From an uncultured Pseudomonadota bacterium (GTDB taxonomy: Bacteria; Vulcanimicrobiota; Vulcanimicrobiia; Eremiobacterales; Eremiobacteraceae): a stretch of 64,000 bases of DNA. The stretch covers positions 160,001-224,000 of the forward strand of contig CAVTNB010000003.1 of the NCBI GenBank assembly GCA_963736005.1, written 5' to 3'. This document shows, piece after piece, positions 47,994 to 57,846 of the stretch. Numbering within the stretch: the first letter of the stretch is position 1; each line of letters opens with the position of its first letter. The notes below the pieces were generated by a model. The model made no database searches, was not told the DNA's origin, and saw only the letters and a program-made list of their open reading frames with translations. The position numbers and the translations under genes are program-made.

Positions 47994-48577
47994 ATCTCCC
48001 AATATCTTTCTTCTTTCCATGGATCTGCGTCGTTATTATACCCACGGGTTTCCCAAAAACCCGGACGGTCTTCGCGCAGGAATTCAACGCCCGTGCACCA
48101 CTTGGTGCTCTTCCAAAAATACCGCGATGGCACAAACATGCGCACCGGTCCGCCGTGGATTGGTTCTAGTGGCTTCCCTTCGTAGGTGTACGCGAGCAAG
48201 ACGTCGTCGGCGTCTGCTACCGACAGCGGCAGATTGGCGCTGTATGCGTTGGCTCCATGCGTCACCACGAATCGGACGCTCGGCCGCACGCCTGCTAACT
48301 GCATCAGATGACGAAATGGTACTCCGCTCCAGGTGGTGTCGAATTTCGACCAGCGTGTGACGCAGTGAATGTCGGCTTTGACTGTTCGCGTAGGCAGTGC
48401 TTTGAATTGTTCCCAATTGAATTCTTGGGGGTGCTCCACTTCGCCGAAGACGCGAAACCGCCACGTCTTTGGATCGAAGGATGGCACGTTGCCGACATGG
48501 AGCACGGGAAAATCCCGCGCCATATACTGGCCCGGTGGTAAGCGCTCCGCAAGCTGCTCGTTTGATTTGATCGCCAC
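47990..48577 (-). CDS. Sulfite-oxidase-like molybdopterin oxidoreductase (YuiH-like)
   Basis: RLPPGQY, FPVL, DIHCVTRWS, HGGPVR, YFWKS.KW, GFWE.RGY...DPW. Confidence 0.92.
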   Translation of the reverse strand: MAIKSNEQLAERLPPGQYMARDFPVLHVGNVPSFDPKTWRFRVFGEVEHPQEFNWEQFKALPTRTVKADIHCVTRWSKFDTTWSGVPFRHLMQLAGVRPSVRFVVTHGANAYSANLPLSVADADDVLLAYTYEGKPLEPIHGGPVRMFVPSRYFWKSTKWCTGVEFLREDRPGFWETRGYNNDADPWKEERYWEM

Positions 48578-48590
48578 GCCGAGCGTTTCC

Positions 48591-49259
48591 TTAGTGTGCC
48601 GGTGCGTGCCTTGCTCGTTCGAACTCGTCGATTAACTCACGAGCCGACGCGCAAGGATCAGAAGAGTTGGAAATCCAGCGCAAAACCGAAACACCGGTTG
48701 CACCAGCGGCGACAACGCTCCCGATGTTGCTCGGATCCAACCCTCCGATGGCAAAAAATGGTTGGCACGCATGCGTTGCAGCGAAATGCACGAGCGCGAG
48801 TCCAACGGCTGGGCGACCTTCCTTCGTAGGTGTCTCGTGCACGGGGCCAACACCGATGTAGTCAACATCCAAGCGTGCGGCTCGCTTGATCTGCTCCTCA
48901 GAGTGGGTTGATAACCCAATGACGAGCTCGTCACCCACGAGCTGGCGCACCGTCTGCACGGGGAGATCATCCTGTCCGACGTGGACGCCGTCTGCACCGC
49001 AGCCGAGTGCGATGTCGACGCGGTCATTGACGATAAAGGGAACCTGCAAAGCGTGGCACGCAGCCGAGCAGCGCCGAGCAACCTCCAAGAGACTCGCGTC
49101 GTCGAGTGTTTTTTCGCGTAGCTGAACCATGCCCACGCCGCCTGCAACCGCTGCCCTAATAAAGTCCTCGATCGGCTGCACCCGAGGCGATGCATCGGTA
49201 ACGAGATACAGCCGAGCTGACTCGAGCACAGCGCGCTTGGAAAGCCCCGGTTCCTTCAA
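48591..49259 (-). CDS. thiE: Thiamine-phosphate synthase
   Basis: VQLREK, VNDRVD, GVHVGQDD, GLSTH, TPTK, AIGG. Confidence 0.95.
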   Translation of the reverse strand: MKEPGLSKRAVLESARLYLVTDASPRVQPIEDFIRAAVAGGVGMVQLREKTLDDASLLEVARRCSAACHALQVPFIVNDRVDIALGCGADGVHVGQDDLPVQTVRQLVGDELVIGLSTHSEEQIKRAARLDVDYIGVGPVHETPTKEGRPAVGLALVHFAATHACQPFFAIGGLDPSNIGSVVAAGATGVSVLRWISNSSDPCASARELIDEFERARHAPAH

Positions 49260-49456
49260 CCGCCGCCCACCATCTGTGCGATTTCAAGAGTGTCGCCGGC
49301 TTGCAAGACAGTTTTAGCAAAGCGATCGCGTCGCAGCGGCGCACCATTGTGTTCGAGCACGATGCGCTCGGGGACCAAATCGCTTTGGGTGAGGAATTCC
49401 AGGACCGTCATTCCCACGGCCACGCGGCGCGTCTTGCCGTTTGCAGTCACCGTCAT
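49256..49456 (-). CDS. thiS: Sulfur carrier ThiS
   Basis: 66 aa, GDTLEI, C-terminal GGG; operon context. Confidence 0.93.
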   Translation of the reverse strand: MTVTANGKTRRVAVGMTVLEFLTQSDLVPERIVLEHNGAPLRRDRFAKTVLQAGDTLEIAQMVGGG

Positions 49457-50610
49457 GACCCTGCAGATTCCTGTAGGGAGCGACTGTCAAGTCGCCCTTC
49501 ACGACCCAGGTCCTGTTCCCAATCTTTGAACACAGGATCGTAACCCAGCTCTGCAATCCGGCGCGCAACCTGCTCCGGCGTTCGGTTGTCTTCCAGGTGA
49601 AATTGCTCGCCGGCAGCACCCGGCGTCGAGTAGCCGCCTGGCTCGGTGCTTGACCCGGCACTCATCTGGGTAATCCCTAGCGCAATAAGGCGATCGCGCA
49701 GCGCGGCTGGCTCTCGGGTCGAAAGCACGATACCCGCCGCGGGCAAGGCAATGCGGATCGCGCAAATGAGCTGGACTAATTCTGCATTGCTCACTGGTTG
49801 GGGAGGTGCGAACCCTCCAGCCGCAGAGTTGATACGGGGGAACGAGACGTTGATCTGAGCTCGCCAGCAATGCCGGTAGAGGTATCGTGCGTGCTGCACG
49901 AGTGACAATGCTTCGAACCGCCAATCCGCCAAACCCAGCAGCGCGCCGATTCCAAGGTGCCGCATGCCGGCTGCCGCAGCGCGCTCGGGCGCTGCGAGAC
50001 GCAATGCATACTGTTTCTTCGGACCGCCGACATGGTATTTGGGGTACATGATGGGGTCATACGTTTCTTGATAGAGGACGATGCCGTCGCATCCCGCATC
50101 AACCCACGTATCGTATTCTGGCGTCTGCGCTGCAGCCACTTCCAGCGCGACGTACTGCACCTCGCGCTTCACCTCTGCTACGCATTGGGCAAGGTAGCCG
50201 GCATTGACGTATTTTGGATGCTCTGACGACACCAGCAGGATGTTGCGGAAACCGTGTGATGCGAGCGCGCGCGCCTCGCGCATGACCTCATCGATGCGCA
50301 AGGTCTTGCGTTTGATGTCAAGCCCCATCGAAAAACCGCAATACGTGCACGTGCACACACATTCGTTGCTCAAGTACAGCGGTGCGTAGAGCGCAATGGT
50401 TTTCCCAAAACGCTCAACCGATAGCGCGTGAGCCCGCTGTGCTAGTTCTTCGAGCAGCGTGCCGGCTGCAGGTGAGAGCAGCGCCGCCACCTGATCGAGC
50501 GTCTTGGCACCGGACGCCGCGCTTGAGCGAACCTCGGCTTCGTCAGCGTGACGTGCGCGAGTAGTGGCGTTCCACATTGCCGCAGGGTTAAATGTTTGCG
50601 CAAAGGTCAT
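49453..50610 (-). CDS. thiH: 2-iminoacetate synthase ThiH
   Basis: [46 protein letters not shown]. Confidence 0.93.
   Translation of the reverse strand: MTFAQTFNPAAMWNATTRARHADEAEVRSSAASGAKTLDQVAALLSPAAGTLLEELAQRAHALSVERFGKTIALYAPLYLSNECVCTCTYCGFSMGLDIKRKTLRIDEVMREARALASHGFRNILLVSSEHPKYVNAGYLAQCVAEVKREVQYVALEVAAAQTPEYDTWVDAGCDGIVLYQETYDPIMYPKYHVGGPKKQYALRLAAPERAAAAGMRHLGIGALLGLADWRFEALSLVQHARYLYRHCWRAQINVSFPRINSAAGGFAPPQPVSNAELVQLICAIRIALPAAGIVLSTREPAALRDRLIALGITQMSAGSSTEPGGYSTPGAAGEQFHLEDNRTPEQVARRIAELGYDPVFKDWEQDLGREGRLDSRSLQESAGS
49473..49497 (+). repeat. REP family C copy inside the thiH 3' end
   Basis: GTAGGGAGCGACTGTCAAGTCGCCC. Confidence 0.7.
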
Positions 50611-51407
50611 TGTGGCTCTTTTGTGTGGAGGAAACCGGTAAGAGGACTTGAGGCAGATGCGGTGCGCAACTCCGGGGCGCGCCCTGCCAAACGAGCACCT
50701 CGCCCAGCTTCGACCGCAAGTTTGAAGGCGTGTGCCATTCGTGCCGGATGTGCGGCGGTCGCTATTGCCGTGTTGACGAGCACCGCGTCGGCGCCCATTT
50801 CCATAGCTGCCGCCGCGTGCGAGGGGACGCCGAGGCCAGCATCCACCACGACCGGCACGGTCGCCTGCTCAATGATGATCGCGATTGCAGCCTCCATCTT
50901 GAGGCCTCGACCCGAACCGATCGGCGCTGCAAGTGGCATAACTGCTGCCACGCCAACTTCCTCGAGGCGTTTGGCGAGCACGGGGTCAGCATGGATGTAG
51001 GGTAGGACGATAAAGCCCTCACGCACGAGCGTCTCACAGGCCGTGAGGGTGTCGACGGGATCGGGCATGAGATAGTGCGGATCGGGGATCACCTCGACTT
51101 TGATCCAAGGGGGCAATCCAGCGGACCGGGCGAGGCGTGCAAGGCGCACGGCCTCCTCGGCGGTGGCCGCGCCCGAGGTGTTCGGCAAGATCAAGTATTT
51201 CGACTGGTCGATGAAATCCGTAATAGGGTTTGTTTTGGCATCCAGGTCGACTCGACGCAGCGCGACCGTGACCATCTCGGCGCCCGAGGCGGCGAGCGCA
51301 TCCGACATGACTTCCGGGCTCGAAAACTTGCCGGTACCCATGATCAAGCGCGAACGGAAACTGCGGCCGCCGAGCGCGAGCACATCGGTCAAAGGTTGGC
51401 TCCTCAT
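50607..51407 (-). CDS. thiG: Thiazole synthase
   Basis: [44 protein letters not shown]. Confidence 0.96.
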   Translation of the reverse strand: MRSQPLTDVLALGGRSFRSRLIMGTGKFSSPEVMSDALAASGAEMVTVALRRVDLDAKTNPITDFIDQSKYLILPNTSGAATAEEAVRLARLARSAGLPPWIKVEVIPDPHYLMPDPVDTLTACETLVREGFIVLPYIHADPVLAKRLEEVGVAAVMPLAAPIGSGRGLKMEAAIAIIIEQATVPVVVDAGLGVPSHAAAAMEMGADAVLVNTAIATAAHPARMAHAFKLAVEAGRGARLAGRAPELRTASASSPLTGFLHTKEPQ

Positions 51408-51576
51408 TGTGCGTGCGAATGTTCTATTTTCGGTGCTACGAGTTCTCTTTCCCGGCAAACGGCGATGGCAAGCGCAGGAGAACCTCTTTTAACCATAGCA
51501 TCCGCAAGGTGCGCTGCCTGCACTCTGAAGGTGGCTCGCTTGACATACTGCCGCCAAATGTGGAAGGAGGGTTCCA

Positions 51577-51969
51577 GTGGTCAATCCGCCCCCGACCAAT
51601 CCCGCTCCAGCTCCCGCCGACCCAAAGCTGTGGGGAATGCTTTGTCACCTGTCCGCGTTGGCCGGTGTGATCATACCCTTCGGCAACATCATCGGCCCGC
51701 TGGTCATTTGGTTGATAAAGAAAGACGAGATGCCAATCGTCAACGAGTATGGCAAGGAGTCTCTCAATTTCCAAATCTCGATGACCATCTACGCGATCGG
51801 TGTCGGCGTCGTTGCGGGCATCCTCTCGCTCATCGCGATTGGCGTGCTCTTGTTCCCGCTGGTTGCGCTCGTTGGGCTGGCCGATCTCGTCCTCGTGATT
51901 ATCGCCTCCGTGCAGGCGAACAAAGGAATCGCTTATCACTACCCATTTACTATCCGCTTCCTAACCTAA
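51577..51969 (+). CDS. DUF4870 family membrane protein
   Basis: WGMLCHLS, GPLVIWL, GKESLNFQI, YHYPF; GGAGG RBS. Confidence 0.88.
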   Translation: MVNPPPTNPAPAPADPKLWGMLCHLSALAGVIIPFGNIIGPLVIWLIKKDEMPIVNEYGKESLNFQISMTIYAIGVGVVAGILSLIAIGVLLFPLVALVGLADLVLVIIASVQANKGIAYHYPFTIRFLT

Positions 51970-52062
51970 CATCGGATCGTGCTCGCAGGGAAACCGGCGT
52001 TGCTCGACGCAAGTTCGACGCGGCTAGCGTAGTAGCGGATCTAGGCCATATGGAGGCTCACT

Positions 52063-52854
52063 ATGGTCAATCGTCAGTTCGACGCGGTTGCCGAGCTGCA
52101 AAGCGCCTTTAACGTCCTTACCAAGAATCTCGTTCTCGCCGTCCCCACAGCACTCGTCTCGCTCGCTGGTGGACTTTTCGCGATATTTATGGCCGCCACC
52201 ATAGCCGCCTCAATTCTGGGGGCCGGCGCGCTCTCCGGCATGGGTGGCACAGGCGAACCCCGGCCCGGCATTTGGGCGGCTCTTGCGGGTGGGACCGGGT
52301 TGCTGCTTATCGTCTTTTTTGTCGCCCTCGTGCTATTGGGAATCCTAGCGCAGGCCATTGTCATGGCAGGCGCCGAGCGAGTTTGGCACGGCCAGCCTGC
52401 CGACCTGATGGGTGGCGTGTCAAAGGCGATGAGCAAGATCGGGCCGTTGTTCTTGCTCTTCCTGATCGGACTGATCGTCGGAATCGTTTGCTTTGTCATC
52501 ATCATCATCGGGTGGATCGCCGGCATCGTTTTGGCGTTCTTCTTCATGTATACAATTCCGGCCATCGTCGTCGGCAACCAGGGCGTCATGGACGCCTTGC
52601 GTACCTCGTGGCGAATGGTTCGCGAAAACATTGGCCCCAGCCTGACCGCCTTCTTGGGCATCATCGTGGTGTCGGCGATCGGTGCTGTCATCAATAGAGT
52701 CTTCTTGCACATCCCCGTCATCGGACTGATTGTCAGCCTCGTTGTCGGCGGTCTGACGGCCGCGTATTCTGCCCTCGTGCTCGTTCGATTCTACGACCTG
52801 CTGCGAGGCCAAGCGGCGGCCATTCCGACCACGCCATCCGGACCAACCACCTGA
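52063..52854 (+). CDS. Multi-pass membrane protein of unknown function
   Basis: About 6 TM; ALRTSWRMV, FYDLLR pattern; GGAGG RBS. Confidence 0.75.
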   Translation: MVNRQFDAVAELQSAFNVLTKNLVLAVPTALVSLAGGLFAIFMAATIAASILGAGALSGMGGTGEPRPGIWAALAGGTGLLLIVFFVALVLLGILAQAIVMAGAERVWHGQPADLMGGVSKAMSKIGPLFLLFLIGLIVGIVCFVIIIIGWIAGIVLAFFFMYTIPAIVVGNQGVMDALRTSWRMVRENIGPSLTAFLGIIVVSAIGAVINRVFLHIPVIGLIVSLVVGGLTAAYSALVLVRFYDLLRGQAAAIPTTPSGPTT

Positions 52855-52892
52855 CAAGCCCATCCACGTGTGGTGAAGCAAAGCCGGCAATA

Positions 52893-54545
52893 ATGCCGGC
52901 TTTCTTCGCCCTGCGCCGTCCTGCTCGAGCCGGTGCGGCGTTGTTTGGCTGTGCTCTCGTCATGCTCGGCGCGGCCTGCAGCAAGGTTGGTACATCCACC
53001 CAGCAACTCCGCGGCAACCGCTCGACTATCCATGGCGTCGTGCGACTCGCGATCATCGCCGAACCGAACACGCTCAATCCGGTGCTGAGCGGCCTTATTC
53101 AAGAAGGCTATATGGAAGCGGCGATTTTCGACGGCCTCATCATGTTGGACAATCACGCCAACATCATTCCCGACCTTGCAACCGTGGTACCGAGTCTCGC
53201 CAACGGCGGCATCAGTCCCGATGGCAAGACGATCACCTATCATTTGCGCCACGGCGTGACATGGCAAGACGGCGTACCGTTCACGTCCGCAGACGTTGTC
53301 TTTACCTATCAGACCTACATCAATCCAAAGGTGAACACTTTTTATACGGCCATTTATCAGCATATTACGTCGGTCTCAACGCCGGATCCGTACACGGTCG
53401 TACTGCATTTAAAAGCTCCCTACGCGCCCGCGCTCATCCAGTTCTTTGAACGAGGGACCGGCGGGTTCGTCATTCCGAAACACATTCTGGAAAAGTCGCC
53501 TGACATCAACACGGATCCATTTGGAAAACATCCGATCGGGACCGGACCATTTCGCCTCGAGCGCTGGGACCATGGATCGCTGCTTCTGCTCAAAGCGAAT
53601 CCGCGATATTTTAAAGGTGCGCCGAAGGTCGGCGAAGTTGACGTTCGCATCGTCGTCAATCCGAACACGCAACTCGAAATGGTTGGTAGCCACGAGCTCG
53701 ACGTGGCAGCGCAACTCGTGCCCGCGCAGTACTCGCAGATCCAGCAAACCGCGGGCATACGCGCCGTTCTCGTGCCATCGCTCTTAGAGAGATTCCTCAC
53801 ATTCAACATGCAACACCAGCCGTTCGGCGACATCCGGGTTCGACGGGCTCTCTCTCTTGCGCTGGATCGCAACCGGATTGTACAAACCGCCTACGCGGGG
53901 ACGTCCACACTCGCGCAGACTCTCATTCCCCCGTCAAGTTGGGCATACGATCCGACTGGGGCGGCCGCTTACGACCCGGCAGCCGCGAGAGCACTGCTCG
54001 ATAGCGCTGGGTGGATTGTTGGGCCTGATGGGGTCCGCACGAAGAATGGGCGCGCGCTGTCGTTTGTTTTGCTGAACCAGACAGAATCGAATCCCTTGAG
54101 CACCATGGCGCAGGAAATTCAACGTGCGTGGCGCGACATCGGGGTGGCCGCCGATCTTCGATTTGTGCCACGGAACGTGATTTACGGTAACCCCGGGCTC
54201 GCCACCGATGGAAAGTTTGACGCTTTGGTGGACGACTGGGGCGCGGATCCCGACCCTGATCGATCGTTCATGATCGAGACGAAGAGCTTTGCGCCACAGG
54301 CCTACAACGACGCATTTTATTCCGACCCAGAGGTGGACCTTTGGTCGGAAGAGGCTACCGCAACCTACGACCTCACACAGCGCAAGGCGTCATATTCTAA
54401 GATTCAGCGCCGCCTGAATCGCGACTTGCCATACTTGCCCCTCGTGTGGGAGGGGAGAATCTACGCGGTCAACACGGATTTGCTGAATTTCTTGCCCGAG
54501 CCGGTTTTCTCCGATTTTTGGAATGCCCAACAATGGCAAATCTAA
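52893..54545 (+). CDS. Family 5 ABC substrate-binding lipoprotein
   Basis: GAAC lipobox; NGGISPDGKTITY, WQDGVPFTSADV, PIGTGPF. Confidence 0.92.
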   Translation: MPAFFALRRPARAGAALFGCALVMLGAACSKVGTSTQQLRGNRSTIHGVVRLAIIAEPNTLNPVLSGLIQEGYMEAAIFDGLIMLDNHANIIPDLATVVPSLANGGISPDGKTITYHLRHGVTWQDGVPFTSADVVFTYQTYINPKVNTFYTAIYQHITSVSTPDPYTVVLHLKAPYAPALIQFFERGTGGFVIPKHILEKSPDINTDPFGKHPIGTGPFRLERWDHGSLLLLKANPRYFKGAPKVGEVDVRIVVNPNTQLEMVGSHELDVAAQLVPAQYSQIQQTAGIRAVLVPSLLERFLTFNMQHQPFGDIRVRRALSLALDRNRIVQTAYAGTSTLAQTLIPPSSWAYDPTGAAAYDPAAARALLDSAGWIVGPDGVRTKNGRALSFVLLNQTESNPLSTMAQEIQRAWRDIGVAADLRFVPRNVIYGNPGLATDGKFDALVDDWGADPDPDRSFMIETKSFAPQAYNDAFYSDPEVDLWSEEATATYDLTQRKASYSKIQRRLNRDLPYLPLVWEGRIYAVNTDLLNFLPEPVFSDFWNAQQWQI

Positions 54546-54557
54546 AGGCGCTTGCTC

Positions 54558-54685
54558 GTCGCGAATAAATTCGCGACACTACATTTATCTCAATAAATTC
54601 GCGACACGACATTCAATCTTCGATGTAGTCGCGCGAATTTATTCGCGCGTGTTTGCGTTCATGTAGTCGCGCGAATTTATTCGCG
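54558..54685. repeat. Cluster of four REP family B copies in two orientations
   Basis: Copies at 54558, 54592 (partial), 54625 and 54663; the last contains the TAA of the convergent gene. Confidence 0.85.
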
Positions 54686-55225
54686 TGCCTTTCCCTTCGC
54701 GAGGGCCGCCAATTTCAGCGCGGTCTTCCAGTTTCGCGCTGTGCCGCGAGTCCCAATCTTCTTTTCGATGAGCGCATTCGTCAGACGCGAGCGGCCTTGC
54801 CCATCCGGATAGGTTATGTATAACTGCCGGCCGTCTCCTCGAATGCGCTCTGGCCCCGCAATGGCCTCCTGCAGCGTCTGCAACTCTTTCGCGCCGGGAG
54901 CGTCCTTCAACACCACGAGAACAAGATGGCCCGGGTCAGCGCGCGCCTCCTTTGGAAATGGATTGCGCCTGACGATACGGTCCCACTCCCGCACCGTGCG
55001 GATAAAGAAGTCCGTCTCAACGTGCAGCCGTTTTCTACTTTCAACTTCGAGCAACCGTTCGAGCTCGCCACCGTCGCGCCCATCACTTTGAAAAACAAGA
55101 TTGCCACTTTGGAGGAGCGTCTGAACGTTCGCAAACCCAATCTTCGTGAGCATCGCGCGCAGAGCGGCCATCGACACTAAACCACGCCCACCGACGTTGA
55201 CCGCCCGCAGCAGTGTAATCCGGAT
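54677..55225 (-). CDS. DUF1697 family protein; no canonical start before its N-terminal motif
   Basis: LLRAVNVGG upstream of GTG 55177; VQTLLQSGNLVF, NPF, TARNW.T. Confidence 0.8.
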   Translation of the reverse strand: MRITLLRAVNVGGRGLVSMAALRAMLTKIGFANVQTLLQSGNLVFQSDGRDGGELERLLEVESRKRLHVETDFFIRTVREWDRIVRRNPFPKEARADPGHLVLVVLKDAPGAKELQTLQEAIAGPERIRGDGRQLYITYPDGQGRSRLTNALIEKKIGTRGTARNWKTALKLAALAKGKARE

Positions 55226-55245
55226 GGCTTTCCCCGCGTGCTTTT

Positions 55246-56259
55246 CTATGGTTGGGCGCCGAACTTCGCCGAGATCGGCAGCGTGAGGTTGCTTGAATGG
55301 ATGGGTTGCACCTTATTCGTTGGATTGATGTACACCATCGCCTGATTCACCGCGATGGCAGCCTCGGAGGTGCCGCAGGCGATCAGCTTGAGTTTGCCGG
55401 CGTGGGCTATGACATCGCCCGCGGCATAGATTCCTTTGATGCTGGTTTCCATCGTGATGGGATCGATCGTGACTCCACTTCCCTCGGTCTTGATGCCCCA
55501 CCGCGCGAGCTCCCCAAGATCCGAGACGAATCCAAGCGCACAGAGGACCGCGTCTGCCTCTACCTTCGCTTCTTCTTTGGTTTTGCTGTGAACGATGGTG
55601 ACCGCCTCGACCTTGCCGTCACCGTGCACTTCCTTGATTTCGAAATCCGGTTGCCGAATTTGCACCGTGGATTTGCGCAGCAGTTCGATGCTGTGCGCAT
55701 GCGCTCGGAATTGGGAACGGTGAACAATCGTCACCGACTTGGCGCGCGGCTCGAGGGCAAGCGCGTAATCAACCGCTGAATCGCCGCCGCCGACAATAAT
55801 GACGCGCAAATCGTTGAACGCATCGAAGTTGCGCGCATAGTAATGGACGCCACGTTCTTCAAACTGCGCGGCGCTTGGTGCCGGCAGCTTGCGCGGTTTG
55901 ATGGCGCCGATGCCGGAGCACACGATAATCGTTTTGGTCGCGTGCTCGGCTTTGTCGGTCGTCAGCTTAAACGTGCCGTCTTCCATGCGCTCGATGTTCG
56001 TCACGCGCTCTTCGAGGCACACGGCGTGTGGCCACTGCATCGCCTGCTCGACGCAGCCCTTGACGAGATCCGCGGCGATGATCGCCGGGAAACCGGGCAT
56101 ATCGTAGACGTATTTCTCAGGATACAGTGCGTACAGCTGACCGCCGAATTCAGGGAGTGCATCGATGACCTTCGCTCTGGCGCCGCGCATGCCGGCGTAG
56201 AACAAAGCAAAAAGTCCGGTCGGTCCGCCTCCAATGACCGTGATGTCGAATGTATCCAC
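55246..56259 (-). CDS. TrxB-like ferredoxin/flavodoxin-NADP reductase (YumC type)
   Basis: GGGPTG, GGQL.ALYPEK.VYD.PG, GGGDSA.D, KLKLIA.G..E; no CxxC. Confidence 0.88.
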   Translation of the reverse strand: MDTFDITVIGGGPTGLFALFYAGMRGARAKVIDALPEFGGQLYALYPEKYVYDMPGFPAIIAADLVKGCVEQAMQWPHAVCLEERVTNIERMEDGTFKLTTDKAEHATKTIIVCSGIGAIKPRKLPAPSAAQFEERGVHYYARNFDAFNDLRVIIVGGGDSAVDYALALEPRAKSVTIVHRSQFRAHAHSIELLRKSTVQIRQPDFEIKEVHGDGKVEAVTIVHSKTKEEAKVEADAVLCALGFVSDLGELARWGIKTEGSGVTIDPITMETSIKGIYAAGDVIAHAGKLKLIACGTSEAAIAVNQAMVYINPTNKVQPIHSSNLTLPISAKFGAQP

Positions 56260-56366
56260 GAGCGTTCCGTTTCGCGCGCTTGTCCGCGCGCGCCTTTGAC
56301 AGGTGACGTCCAAAGTCTAAGGCAACTATTTGGAGCAACAAGTATCTGCAGAAAGGCGCAAGCAGC

Positions 56367-56858
56367 ATGCTTCCACCTCCGCAAAAATACGCCATGTGGC
56401 TTGGTATTCTTCGCATCGCCACCGGCGCATCTTGGCTAGCGCACGGCATTCCAAAACTCTTGAACCCGGCGTTTTATGGTCCCGATGGGATGATGGCCAA
56501 TATGGTGACAAAAAATGCGGCGGGCCTCACAGGTGCATACCATGATTTCCTCCTCAACGTTGTGTTGCCGAATGCAGGCCTGTTCAGCCACCTCGTGGCC
56601 TGGGGCGAAACGCTCACCGGGGTCAGCCTCTTGCTTGGTCTGTTCACAAGGGTGGGCGGTATTGTTGGAACGTTTCTCGCGCTCAACTACTTCATGATGC
56701 ACGGTTCCTATGCGCACATCAGCGACCTGGGCGGCCTTGATTTCGCCACGCTTGCTCTCAGTTTCATCAACGTCGTCTTGCCGACCGGGCTCGTCTTCGG
56801 CCTCGACGCCATGCTACCGAGGTCGCGAGCCCGCACCCAATCTGCGGGTGAAACCTAG
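56367..56858 (+). CDS. DoxX/DoxD family membrane protein
   Basis: LRIATG, HG..KL, GE...G..LLLGLFTR, GLD. Confidence 0.85.
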   Translation: MLPPPQKYAMWLGILRIATGASWLAHGIPKLLNPAFYGPDGMMANMVTKNAAGLTGAYHDFLLNVVLPNAGLFSHLVAWGETLTGVSLLLGLFTRVGGIVGTFLALNYFMMHGSYAHISDLGGLDFATLALSFINVVLPTGLVFGLDAMLPRSRARTQSAGET

Positions 56859-56902
56859 CCCAAACGCGTATTTCTATCTCCGCGCCCAACTGGAGGTCTC
56901 CC

Positions 56903-57805
56903 ATGCTGACCAAAGTCCCGCGACCGACGCTCGATGATCTGAACCTTGCTCCAGGTAAGCGAGCACGGCTCCATCGGCTGCTGTATGAATACGGGCCGGC
57001 AAACGGCACGCTGCTGCTCCTGCCGATCGATCAAGGACTCGAGCATGGCCCCGTTGACTTTTTTGATAATCCCGACAGCATCGATCCTGAATTCGAATAT
57101 AAACTTGCACTCGAAGGAAACTATTCGGGTATCGCGCAGCACTATGGTCTCGCGAGCAAATATTTTTACAAATATGCTGGTAAGGTGCCACTCGTCCTCA
57201 AGATCAATGGCAAGACGAACATTCCGAACGACGATGACGCGTTTTCACCGATGACCGCGTCGGTTGAAGATGCGGTTCGGATCGGAGCCGACGCCGTCGG
57301 CTACACGCTCTACGTCGGCAGTCCGGCGCAATCCGAAGACATGGCGCAACTGACCCGCGTTCGCGAGGACTGCGATCGATTCGGCATGCCGCTCGTTGTC
57401 TGGGCGTATCCACGAGGGAAAGCGGTCAAAGAAAAAGGCGGGCAGGACTCGCTGTACGCGGTTGATTACGCTGCTCGCGTTGCGTGCGAGATGGGCGCCG
57501 ACATAGTGAAGCTCAACGTTCCGAAGGTGACCGACAGCGATAAGCAACCCAAGCCGTATCCCACCGAGCGGCTGTCCGAAGAAGCCGCCATTCGAAAGGT
57601 CGTCATCTCGGCAGGCCGCACGCTGGTGCTCATTTCAGGCGGCAGCAAGATCAGCGACGAAGATCTCATTCATAAAGCGCGCATCGCGATGGAAGCGGGT
57701 GTCACAGGACTTATCTTCGGACGCAACGTTTGGCAACGCCGCTTTGACGACGCGATGTCGATCACGCAGCGTATTCAGGAGATGCTTAAAGCCTACGGAA
57801 CGTAG
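56903..57805 (+). CDS. Class I fructose-bisphosphate aldolase (DhnA type)
   Basis: LPIDQGLEHGP, AVGYTLYVGS, WAYPRG, GADIVK, SGG, GRN. Confidence 0.9.
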   Translation: MLTKVPRPTLDDLNLAPGKRARLHRLLYEYGPANGTLLLLPIDQGLEHGPVDFFDNPDSIDPEFEYKLALEGNYSGIAQHYGLASKYFYKYAGKVPLVLKINGKTNIPNDDDAFSPMTASVEDAVRIGADAVGYTLYVGSPAQSEDMAQLTRVREDCDRFGMPLVVWAYPRGKAVKEKGGQDSLYAVDYAARVACEMGADIVKLNVPKVTDSDKQPKPYPTERLSEEAAIRKVVISAGRTLVLISGGSKISDEDLIHKARIAMEAGVTGLIFGRNVWQRRFDDAMSITQRIQEMLKAYGT

Positions 57806-57845
57806 GGCGACTTGACGGTGGGGCGATTTTCCAATCGCCCCCTAC
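57802..57845. repeat. REP family C, partial copy plus inverted full copy
   Basis: GTAGGGCGACTTGAC (its TAG is the aldolase stop) and GGGGCGATTTTCCAATCGCCCCCTAC. Confidence 0.8.
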
Positions 57846-57846
57846 A

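Noticed and set aside
51075..52112. 345-aa + strand ORF and similar long overlapping ORFs (e.g. 60005-60991, 44083-44847, 29985-30830)
   Set aside because: They are antisense or off-frame shadows of well-supported genes in GC-rich DNA, with no recognisable motifs
54558..54685. Clustered ~25-bp palindromic repeats as a CRISPR array
   Set aside because: Mixed orientations, irregular short gaps, the same motif dispersed across the window, and no cas genes; this fits REP elements
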